Shown here piece by piece: positions 16,749-24,693 of a stretch of 36,613 nt of DNA. Below the pieces are notes generated by a model. That model was not told where the DNA came from. It did not search any database and saw nothing but the letters and a program-made list of their open reading frames with translations. This stretch comes from an uncultured Bacteroidaceae bacterium (lineage in GTDB: Bacteria; Bacteroidota; Bacteroidia; Bacteroidales; DYOH01): the NCBI GenBank assembly GCA_964421365.1, contig CAYQXT010000001.1, positions 1 to 36,613 on the forward strand, in the 5' to 3' direction. Numbering within the stretch: position 1 is the stretch's first letter; each line of letters opens with the position of its first letter. The position numbers were made by a program, and so were the translations under genes.

Positions 16749-19700
16749 TCAGAAAATGAATTTAGTTTTACGCTGAATATCGCCTCGTCTATAGTAATAC
16801 CACCATTTAAGGTTTTGCTTTTTGTCTAATTTTTCTTTTTTAAGTTTTAAATATAAAAATTTTTTATCAATGGGTAAATATTCGATAGCTTCATTATTCG
16901 AATATAATATGAAATTATCATCGGGGGAAAAACTCAGACTGTTAATATATTTTGTGTTTACATCTGATATGAGAATGGGAATTAATTTTTGTATTTTTTG
17001 AGGATTTAAATTATTGATATTCCATATCAAAATAGTCCCATCAAACGAACCGCTTGCTAACCACTTATGATTGTGACTTATGGCAATACATGAAATCATT
17101 CCGCCATGTTTTTGCGGAAATTTAATTACCTCCTTTTTATCTACATAGAGGATATCGCCTCTACCCGAATTTATAAATAATAACTTTGGATTTTCATTAT
17201 AGGCTATTATATTTGGCTGAAAATTGGAGCTATTCCAGTCATAAGTATTATTAAAGCGCTTTAGAATTTTTAATTCCAGATTTTTTCCTTCGAGAAAGCG
17301 TCTTCCGAAAATAGACCGGTTGCCGAGTCGTTTGGTATCAATAATCGTAGAATTACCCAGATTATCCGTGGTTTGTATTAATCCGGCTGTCGGAAGCTTG
17401 GTGATTTTACTTACACCATTAGGAAAATAGGAAGTGGAGTTTAATAGTTTGCCATTGACCATTTTAAAAATTTCGCCGCCGGATGTATTTAGCCAAACTT
17501 CTTTGTTTACTTGTATTATCGAATAAATCAAATCATTAGTGTGTGTGTATAAACTTTGTATGGAATCAAATTCTACGTTTTCCTTTTTAATTTTTAGTTT
17601 TAAAATATCCAGTCTGCCTGCGGTCGTAGCTGTGTAAATTAAGCTGTCGGTAGTTAGGATGGCTTTTGCAGAGCGCTCTGTTAAATGGGTATCATAGAGT
17701 TCCGAATAGGTGTTTTGCATGCAATGAAGTAGAATAGGCATATAGGGATGTTGCAGTCCATATTTTTGCGATAAACTGTCGGCTACATAATTGAGTTCAA
17801 GAGCTGTGGTTGATAGAAATATTTTTAATCTTTTATTTTTCGTAGATAAAGCCTCATTAGCAAAGTTCTTTGCATTAAAAGCATACAAATAATATTGTGC
17901 CTTTTCTTCGGCAGCCTGCGCCTTTTCTTTTTCTTCGTTGGCGTAATATTCATTGCGCTTGGCTTGTGCTGCAAGAAATAGGGCGCGCTGACGTTGTATA
18001 TCTGCTTTAAATCTGGACGAATCAGCTAATCTACGGGCAAAGATGGCTTCTTGCTTTTGTTGTAAGGCTTCTTTTTTTTGTTCTTCGGCTATATGTTTTT
18101 GAATCTCAGCTAATTTGCGTTGGTGTTGAGCCGAATCGGCTTGTGAGCGGGCTAATAATTCCATTTTTTTGGCCTTTATACTCTCATTCTTAGCAAGTAT
18201 GGTTTGTCTCTTAGCTTTTTGTGATTGTTGATAAGCAAAAAAGCCAAAAATAGTAGCAAATGCTCCTAAAATAAGAGAAAAAATAAGCAAAAGTTTAACT
18301 CGTTTCTGTTGCTTTTCTTTTTGTAACAAGGCGGCCTGATATTCACTACTTCTATTGATATACTCGTGATGTAGAGAAGTGGGTTTAGGTGTTTTCTCTT
18401 CTTCTTCGGCTTTTTTTAGCCAGTTTTGGGCTTCTTCTAATTCCTGGCCTCGTAGTAGGTAGTCATTATTTTTGTTCTGATTTTCCCAAATTTTTGCCGA
18501 ACGGGCAAAGTAATTATGTAAACGATTGTGTTCTTTGTCGGTTTCGAGAATACGAATCAAATCGGCTGAGACACTGTCAATATCCTTGGAGTCAAAATTA
18601 ATTTTTTGTATATTTTCCGAGAGGATTATTTCTTGAGCGGCTGAATCTATTTGGACAGCAATCATTCTTATACCTCTTTTTTTCGCTATTTCATAAGTTT
18701 TTGTACTTTTTTTATCGCTAAAAAAAGATTTACTTAGAATAAAAACAAAATTATTACTCTTATTGATTTGATTTTCAGTTTCTTCGATAAAATTAGATTC
18801 ATCAAAGGTTTGGTTCTCATTAAAATAAGTTGTTTTCCCGGATATTTGTAATTTATCGTTAATCTCACGGGTAAAATCTGTATCTTCTTCTGCAAAAGCT
18901 ATATAAATCTCTATATCCAGAGTGCCGGAAATGATTTGACTATTTTCTATATACTCATCCTGCCATTTGTTGCTCTTATAATGCTGATTTTTACTTAATT
19001 TAGACCAAGCTAATGCATTTTCCAGTTCTTTTGTACTAAGGAGCATACTGTTTAGTTTTCCGAATTTAATCCAACGCAGCGCTCTGAATAAATATAATTT
19101 ATGGAGATAAAAATAATACTTGTTCTGAAGCATTTGGGCTTCCAGTAAGTCGAGTGAAGTTTCGAATGGTTTTTTTTCTTGCCTTTGGGCTGTATTTTCT
19201 TGTTCTATTTCGGAAGTATCTGTTCTTTTTAAAAAATCTATATACTGTAAACTCCTTATTTTTATCGGAAGATCATTGTCTTCTGTGGTTGTTATAAGTA
19301 GCGGAATAAGCCTTTTCTTATATCTGATGGCAATATCTAATTCTTGCAGTGCATCTTTTGAATTTACAGAATATGGGGAGATTAGAAATAGTAAACAGTC
19401 TGCCCCCGCAATACCTTGTTCTATGGCCTCTTTAAATTTTGCTCCTCTGGGTATATCATGGGTGTCACTCCACGAGCTAATTCCTCTAAGATTTAGACTA
19501 TTGCGTAATAGCTCTTTAGCTTCGATATCTTCTCGTGCATATGCCAAAAAGCAGTCGGTCATGTTATTTTCCGAATTTTTTCTTGCCGTAATTATAAATT
19601 CTGCTTGGAGGGCAATAGGGCCACAGGGTGCTTGAAGTAAATTCCCTTGATTATCTTTAAATTGTTTAGTCAGTAACCAGTTAATTGCTTTTTTGCGTTG

Positions 19701-20657
19701 TGTGCCTCTGAGTAGATATTTTGTATTGCGTTTGTTTTGTACCCAACTTAAGGCTTGGTTAAGTAAAATGGTGTGCGCATGTACATATTTCTTGTGTTGC
19801 TTTCCAAGTTCAATTAAATTATTGATAGCCGAGTTAATATCATCTATGTCTTCCCAATCTTCCGGATTTTTTTCCAAATCAAGCTTCTGGCGGGCATAAA
19901 TCCAATTTCGTTTTCGTATTTCAGGATGAATTTTAGATTCTAAATCGCCGGGTTCTATATGCAATATAGGAATAATTCTTTTGTTGTATTTCTTTGCAAG
20001 TTCTATTTCTTTATAGCAATAGACTGAATTTACTGAATGAGGCGAAATGATAAAAATAAAATTATCGGCTTTTTTTATCCCTTCATCTATTTGTTCTTGA
20101 AAATCAACGCCTAAAGGAATATCATTCATGTCGAACCATACTTTGTATCCTTGAGAGCTAAGCTGATAGAACAATTTACGGGCAAAAACCAGACTATGAC
20201 GACGCCCGTAGGAAATGAAAATATCCCTGAATTCTGAACTTTCTTTTTTGGTAAGACTGACCGTTTCGGTGGAGGAATTTAAAAATTTCACTACTTCATT
20301 CAGATTTTTTTTCCAGATCCCACCATTGGAAAGTATCAATTTCCCAAGTTTATTAAGCGCTATTAATTGATCGGCAGAAAAACGTTTTCCTTGGTCTTCT
20401 TCTAAATAACAAAATAGGGTTTTATCCGCCTTTTTAAAAGAATCATCGCTAACTTCGGCAATGGAATAGAATCCCTCAAGCAATGGAGTTATGACATAAA
20501 GAGAGAAATCCGCACTTTCTCTTTCTGATATTTCCTTTAGCCGGGCTTCCTCATTCCAATCATCAACTACTGGGTTAAAGTAATTAACTTTTAAATGCGG
20601 AATAATTTCATCTCGCCATGTCGAGCCATTCACTGTTCCGCCTAAAAAAACTTTCAT
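16749..20657 (-). CDS. Multi-TIR transmembrane protein: NDT-like head, 3 TIR modules, TM helix, coiled coil and WD40-type propeller
   Basis: No signal peptide. aa 1-125: MKVFLGGTVNGSTWRDEI...ITPLLEGFYSIAEV. TIR1 aa ~145-235: DIFISYGRR...SPHSVNSVYCYKEIELA. TIR2 aa ~368-455: DCFLAYARED...SPYSVNSKDALQELDIA. TIR3 aa ~582-670: EIYIAFAEED...KSTKTYEIA. TM aa ~787-809: LLLIFSLILGAFATIFGFFAY. A K/Q/A/E-rich coiled coil follows. WD repeat HGGMISCIAISHNHKWLASGSFDGTILIWNI. Confidence 0.8.
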   Translation of the reverse strand: MKVFLGGTVNGSTWRDEIIPHLKVNYFNPVVDDWNEEARLKEISERESADFSLYVITPLLEGFYSIAEVSDDSFKKADKTLFCYLEEDQGKRFSADQLIALNKLGKLILSNGGIWKKNLNEVVKFLNSSTETVSLTKKESSEFRDIFISYGRRHSLVFARKLFYQLSSQGYKVWFDMNDIPLGVDFQEQIDEGIKKADNFIFIISPHSVNSVYCYKEIELAKKYNKRIIPILHIEPGDLESKIHPEIRKRNWIYARQKLDLEKNPEDWEDIDDINSAINNLIELGKQHKKYVHAHTILLNQALSWVQNKRNTKYLLRGTQRKKAINWLLTKQFKDNQGNLLQAPCGPIALQAEFIITARKNSENNMTDCFLAYAREDIEAKELLRNSLNLRGISSWSDTHDIPRGAKFKEAIEQGIAGADCLLFLISPYSVNSKDALQELDIAIRYKKRLIPLLITTTEDNDLPIKIRSLQYIDFLKRTDTSEIEQENTAQRQEKKPFETSLDLLEAQMLQNKYYFYLHKLYLFRALRWIKFGKLNSMLLSTKELENALAWSKLSKNQHYKSNKWQDEYIENSQIISGTLDIEIYIAFAEEDTDFTREINDKLQISGKTTYFNENQTFDESNFIEETENQINKSNNFVFILSKSFFSDKKSTKTYEIAKKRGIRMIAVQIDSAAQEIILSENIQKINFDSKDIDSVSADLIRILETDKEHNRLHNYFARSAKIWENQNKNNDYLLRGQELEEAQNWLKKAEEEEKTPKPTSLHHEYINRSSEYQAALLQKEKQQKRVKLLLIFSLILGAFATIFGFFAYQQSQKAKRQTILAKNESIKAKKMELLARSQADSAQHQRKLAEIQKHIAEEQKKEALQQKQEAIFARRLADSSRFKADIQRQRALFLAAQAKRNEYYANEEKEKAQAAEEKAQYYLYAFNAKNFANEALSTKNKRLKIFLSTTALELNYVADSLSQKYGLQHPYMPILLHCMQNTYSELYDTHLTERSAKAILTTDSLIYTATTAGRLDILKLKIKKENVEFDSIQSLYTHTNDLIYSIIQVNKEVWLNTSGGEIFKMVNGKLLNSTSYFPNGVSKITKLPTAGLIQTTDNLGNSTIIDTKRLGNRSIFGRRFLEGKNLELKILKRFNNTYDWNSSNFQPNIIAYNENPKLLFINSGRGDILYVDKKEVIKFPQKHGGMISCIAISHNHKWLASGSFDGTILIWNINNLNPQKIQKLIPILISDVNTKYINSLSFSPDDNFILYSNNEAIEYLPIDKKFLYLKLKKEKLDKKQNLKWWYYYRRGDIQRKTKFIF

Positions 20658-20737
20658 AGGGATTCATCTTGTTATTCTCTTGCAAGAAACAACATTTTTT
20701 TCAAATTGTCAATATAATTTGAATATAAATTAAATTG

Positions 20738-20808
20738 GAATTTGAAAGTCGGGAATCAGGAATCCGAATTGTAAAACGGCATTTGTAATTAATAATTCGT
20801 AATTAGTT
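20738..20808. repeat. AT-rich motif mosaic R3, copy b
   Basis: gggaatcaggaatccgaattgtaaaacggcatttgtaattaataattcgtaattag resembles the reverse complement of 3288-3362. Confidence 0.5.
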
Positions 20809-20851
20809 GGGGCGCTGAGTGGGCTTTTCGTTTATACTCCTCCTTGTCTCA

Positions 20852-20917
20852 GCCCGCAAAACTACGACAAAAAAAGAGTTCCATTCCTACACTCTTTTTT
20901 GCCGTGTTTTGCAGGGC
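20852..20917. other. Long imperfect hairpin inside a GC-rich island (20811-20975)
   Basis: gcccgcaaaactacgacaaaaaaagagt / actcttttttgccgtgttttgcagggc gives about 27 bp of pairing with two small bulges around an 11-nt loop. Confidence 0.5.
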
Positions 20918-20977
20918 TTCGTTTGCGGCGGGTATCGCTTCAATCTCTTGCGTAACCACACTTTTCAGCAAGAGCTT

Positions 20978-21084
20978 TAATTATGCCGTGCCGGTATCGC
21001 ATTTTGTATGCTTATTTTTGTTTATTTCAGAACATCCAGAAGTTCTCAGAAAATATTTACAAATTTTAGGAGCGATTGAGTATA
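20978..21084 (-). repeat. 107-nt element family R2, copy 3
   Basis: The reverse complement aligns along its whole length with 26080-26187. Confidence 0.7.
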
Positions 21085-21210
21085 AAAAGGAAGACTTCGG
21101 TGATGTTAGAGGATAGTTATAAATGAGTATATGATGGTTATAGATGGTTATAAAATTGAGAAATCGTAATATCAATTATATTACTACGATATCTCAATCA
21201 TATTAAGCTA

Positions 21211-21804
21211 TTATCGCCTTGAGCGAATATCTTCCTGTGCTCTGTATAAGGCTTTTGAATCTTCTGCTTCGGTATAATCATTAAAAGGTCCTACGGCTAG
21301 CATTTCTTGAACTAAGCCCTCGTTAAGTGCGTCATAAAATTCCTGAACAGTTCCGCTCGCAACCCTTGCTGCTGTTGCCTCTAATTTATAACCGGCTCTT
21401 TTCTTCTTTACTTTTAAATAATACCAATGTACTTGATCGTCTTTAATTGCTAATAATACATTAGTGTTTTGGTTTCTTCTGGATAACTGACTGTAAATTT
21501 TCTGAGCATTTTTAGCCGTTTGTTTTTCCCAGTATGGACCTACCGCTAAACGCAGGCTTGTTCTGTTTCCCCAGAGTGCCTTCTTAAATTTTTCGGTAGA
21601 GCCAGAATAGAATCCTCCACTTGGACGTAATTTGTATTCATTCATTTTGGTTTCTTTATTTTTTTCCATGCTTATGGTTATAAAGAACCAATTTAATTTT
21701 TCCGGTTTTTGTAATATTTCATCTGTCAGCTCTTGAGCTAAAGAAACTTGACCGAAAAATGTGATAAACATTAATAGTAAAATAATTTTTGGCGTAGCTT
21801 TCAT
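21211..21804 (-). CDS. Secreted protein with two SPOR-like repeats
   Basis: Signal peptide present. Internal duplication ending LRLAVGPYWEKQTAKNAQKIYSQL and MLAVGPFNDYTEAEDSKALYRAQ, similar to the SPOR consensus (rV.vGpf.s...A). Confidence 0.5.
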   Translation of the reverse strand: MKATPKIILLLMFITFFGQVSLAQELTDEILQKPEKLNWFFITISMEKNKETKMNEYKLRPSGGFYSGSTEKFKKALWGNRTSLRLAVGPYWEKQTAKNAQKIYSQLSRRNQNTNVLLAIKDDQVHWYYLKVKKKRAGYKLEATAARVASGTVQEFYDALNEGLVQEMLAVGPFNDYTEAEDSKALYRAQEDIRSRR

Positions 21805-21847
21805 ATTTCTGAGTTCTTTTTCTTATGTAATTCAATAAAATTGCACA

Positions 21848-21873
21848 AAAATCACACCATTCAAAGTGATTTT
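21848..21873 (-). terminator. Hairpin 3' of the 21947 gene
   Basis: aaaatcac-accattcaaa-gtgatttt. On the minus-strand RNA the stem is followed by UUUU. Confidence 0.4.
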
Positions 21874-21946
21874 CTTGTTAAATTGACGAATTTTAAGTGC
21901 AAAAGGTTGCAGAATAATTGTTAATTGTGAAGGAAAAATTGTTAAT

Positions 21947-22525
21947 TTATAAATCATCATCAACGGGGGGCTTTTGAATACCCACTAAAACGCTGCTCCA
22001 GTTGGAGATTTTCCATATTCCTCTGTTATTTTTTTTCATAGTCATGGGGCGAGGCGAAGCTGCTCCCGAGCATTTTACAAACAATTTTATATTTCCAGAT
22101 TCTACTGTTCCGCTGTATGGATTAGTAGAAAATTCGTATTCGTAAGGTAAATTTGCTTTGTAGTGCTTGTCTGGTGTTGCTCCTTTAATATAAGAATTGG
22201 GTAGGTTTTTATTGTTGCCCAATTGACTTTTTATCAGGCTTAAATCGCTGTTCAATAATTGATAACCTTTGTAAGTATTTCCTTTGCGTAGTAAATTTCT
22301 ATCCACAATGGTAACAAAACATTTTTTTGCTAACTCGGGATTTTTTGTATATAGTTTCATACCTATCAGAAACATAGCAGCACCACCCTCTGGAGTTGTG
22401 GCTATCTTATTACGCATTTGTACGAATTCTTCAACAGAGCCAGGTATTTTACTTATTTTTTGAGTTTGTGCATTCAAACCCGAATAAATGAACCCAAGCA
22501 TTAAAATAACGAATATTGTCTTCAT
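21947..22525 (-). CDS. Secreted hypothetical protein
   Basis: Signal peptide MKTIFVILMLGFIYSGLNAQ. The longer track ORF starts at a TTG, so the ATG at 22525 is preferred. Confidence 0.6.
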   Translation of the reverse strand: MKTIFVILMLGFIYSGLNAQTQKISKIPGSVEEFVQMRNKIATTPEGGAAMFLIGMKLYTKNPELAKKCFVTIVDRNLLRKGNTYKGYQLLNSDLSLIKSQLGNNKNLPNSYIKGATPDKHYKANLPYEYEFSTNPYSGTVESGNIKLFVKCSGAASPRPMTMKKNNRGIWKISNWSSVLVGIQKPPVDDDL

Positions 22526-22640
22526 TTTATTTAATTTAGGATGAAAAAGCAATATAGGTGTTTTTTAGCGTAAAATCAATAGATCGCTATTTTTTTTTAA
22601 TATATTGCCATTATTAAACTATTTTTGTCATTCCGTATTT

Positions 22641-23672
22641 ATGCGAATTATGGTAAAGAAATACTATCGAAAATTATGTTATGTCTTTAAGGCTTATTAT
22701 AGTGAATTTAAGAAAATCAGGATAGACCGACGAATTGTAATATTTTCCTTCTTTTTTCTTATCTCTGCTTTTTTATGGTTTTTGCAAGTTCTTGGTAGTC
22801 AGTATATTACTACTTTGCCTCAGCCTATTGAATTTACTGGTACTTACGATACTATTGTGGTTCAGAATCCAGATAAATTACCAAAAAAACTGGACATAAA
22901 AGTGCAAGCAAAGGGTTATGATATTTTACGTCATAATTTTAGTTTCTTTCGTAAAAAAATTAAATTAAATTTTCAAAATTTGAATCTTATCCCCGAAAAT
23001 CCAGGAGATTCCATCCATTATTATTTTTATACGAATACGGTGAAAAATTATTTTCAGTCGAAAATTGGTAACGATTTAAAAGTTTTAGAGATATTACCTG
23101 ATACGTTGAGTTTTAATTTCACACGCTATACTTTCAAAAATTTACGTATTGTTCCGCATGTAACCCTTAACTATTTCGCTGGCTATAAACTTAAGGGAAA
23201 ATTGAGTTTAAAACCCGATAAAATTAGAGTATATGGTCCTGAGTTTATTTTAGATTCGCTTGAAGCAATTTATACCCAAAAAAGGGTACTAAAGGATTTG
23301 AATGAAGACTTGAATCAAGAAATAAAACTGGTTCTTCCGAAGAGAATTGAATCTGAAACTAACTATACCATTGTTTATGCACATATTAGTCAGTTTACAG
23401 AGCTATCAAAAAAAATACCTATAAAAATAATTAATAAACCGGATAGCCTTAGGATTATTCTTTTTCCCAATAGCATAAATATTAGATATCAAATTTTTAT
23501 TGAGGATATTTCTATGCATGAGAATCTGCGCACACAAGGAATTATTGACTACAAACAAACGCTTCATCAAAAAGAAAAATTAGGGGTAAAACTAATCAAT
23601 CAATCCAATGAAATGTTTAATATTCGTTATTATCCAAAATATGTAAATTTTATCATCGAAAAAATAAAATAA
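22641..23672 (+). CDS. YbbR-like domain membrane protein (tentative)
   Basis: N-terminal TM (IVIFSFFFLISAFLWFL). It lies directly upstream of coaE with a 2-nt gap, an arrangement I recall as common in Bacteroidota. The name rests on synteny and size only. Confidence 0.45.
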   Translation: MRIMVKKYYRKLCYVFKAYYSEFKKIRIDRRIVIFSFFFLISAFLWFLQVLGSQYITTLPQPIEFTGTYDTIVVQNPDKLPKKLDIKVQAKGYDILRHNFSFFRKKIKLNFQNLNLIPENPGDSIHYYFYTNTVKNYFQSKIGNDLKVLEILPDTLSFNFTRYTFKNLRIVPHVTLNYFAGYKLKGKLSLKPDKIRVYGPEFILDSLEAIYTQKRVLKDLNEDLNQEIKLVLPKRIESETNYTIVYAHISQFTELSKKIPIKIINKPDSLRIILFPNSINIRYQIFIEDISMHENLRTQGIIDYKQTLHQKEKLGVKLINQSNEMFNIRYYPKYVNFIIEKIK

Positions 23673-23674
23673 AT

Positions 23675-24265
23675 ATGCTAAAAATAGGGATCACCGGAGG
23701 AATAGGTTCTGGGAAAACATTTGTGGCTCAAATATTTGAAAAATTACATATTTCGGTTTATTTTTCTGATAAGGAAGCTAGGCGACTGATGAATGAGAAC
23801 TCTGAAATTCAGGAGAAATTACTGAAACTGCTTGGCAAAGAAAGTTATGACATGGAGGGACACTTAAATAAAAAATACTTAGCTGATAGAATATTCAGAG
23901 ATAAGGATTTAATACAAAAAGTGAATTCTATTGTTCATCCTGTTGTTAGGCAGGATTTTAATCAATGGGCAGAAGAACAAGAATCAAAATACGTATTACA
24001 AGAGTCAGCCATTTTATTTGAAATTGGCGCTGATAAATTAGTAGATAAAATGATTATTGTTACAGCACCTGTGGAGCTTAGAATTAGGCGGGTAATGCAG
24101 CGCGACCAAATTTCTAAGGAGGCAGTTTTACAACGAATGAAAAATCAGTGGAAGCAGGATAAAAAACAAAAATTAGCTGATTTTATAATTAGAAATACGG
24201 AAGAGGAAATGCTTATGCCTCAAATTATCAAGCTACATAATTATTTGCTCAGCTTGATAAATTAA
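23675..24265 (+). CDS. coaE: Dephospho-CoA kinase
   Basis: N-terminal P-loop IGITGGIGSGKT, about 196 aa, typical CoaE layout. Confidence 0.9.
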   Translation: MLKIGITGGIGSGKTFVAQIFEKLHISVYFSDKEARRLMNENSEIQEKLLKLLGKESYDMEGHLNKKYLADRIFRDKDLIQKVNSIVHPVVRQDFNQWAEEQESKYVLQESAILFEIGADKLVDKMIIVTAPVELRIRRVMQRDQISKEAVLQRMKNQWKQDKKQKLADFIIRNTEEEMLMPQIIKLHNYLLSLIN

Positions 24266-24415
24266 ATTTTATTTTAAAAAGCGGTTTTTTAACTTTGTCA
24301 GTCTTTAACTCTGACGAGGGTTTAAAACCAGTCAACGTTTTATAATGCTATGTATTTGATTATGTGGTTTTTATTATCTGTACTCATCAGCATCCTGATA
24401 TATTTATTTATATAT

Positions 24416-24544
24416 GAGTTCAGTATAAAAAGGTGAATTTGCATCAAAATCGGTTGGATGGCTTCATTAATCAATTGTGAGTGAGCTGTCTATTTTTACA
24501 GTTTTAATAAATCTATTCGTCCGACCGGTTTTTAGACCGAACTC
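24416..24544 (+). mobile_element. 129-bp MITE, copy A
   Basis: Terminal inverted repeats GAGTTCAGTATAAAAAGG ... CCGGTTTTTAGACCGAACTC. About 9 in 10 positions match copy B by eye. Confidence 0.75.
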
Positions 24545-24652
24545 ATATATTATATTTTAGAAACAAACTGTTTTTTAGCGAGAAACAGAATTAATAATTT
24601 ACCATTGCTTAATATCTTATTAATCAAAAAAAATATGTTTTCTAATGTGTCT

Positions 24653-24693
24653 TTGTGGTTTTTCTTAAAAAAATATTAAAATATAAACAGATG
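24653..24693 (+). promoter_or_regulatory. Conserved start-proximal block, expanded version (copy 3 of 3)
   Basis: TTGTGGTTTTTCTTAAAAAAATATTAAAATATAAACAGATG has the same ends as the other two copies, with about 10 extra A/T bases in the middle. Confidence 0.45.

Noticed and set aside
19276-19635. Antisense ORFs sit inside large genes. Examples are 19276-19635 and 18389-18601 in the TIR gene, 8376-8666 in the GH13 gene, 11452-11751 in the OmpA gene, and 752-1006 in folC.
   Set aside because: They are fully embedded antisense to long ORFs with strong domain content, have low-complexity or hydrophobic composition, and carry no independent signals. They are most likely spurious.
20838-20844. A Shine-Dalgarno-like AAGGAGG on the minus strand upstream of the TIR gene.
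   Set aside because: No start codon lies within a usable distance. Bacteroidota generally do not rely on SD sites. It is probably just part of the GC-rich structured island.
20844-21116. Track ORFs 20844-21116 (+) and 25893-26168 (-) encode similar peptides (..ISEHPEVLRKYLQILGAIEY.. and ..ISKHPEVIKSDLQISEAVEY..), which hints at a small conserved protein.
   Set aside because: The similarity comes from the R2 nucleotide repeat. The third copy (13652-13757) has stops in the corresponding frame, and the ORFs have no plausible starts or context. I treat R2 as non-coding.
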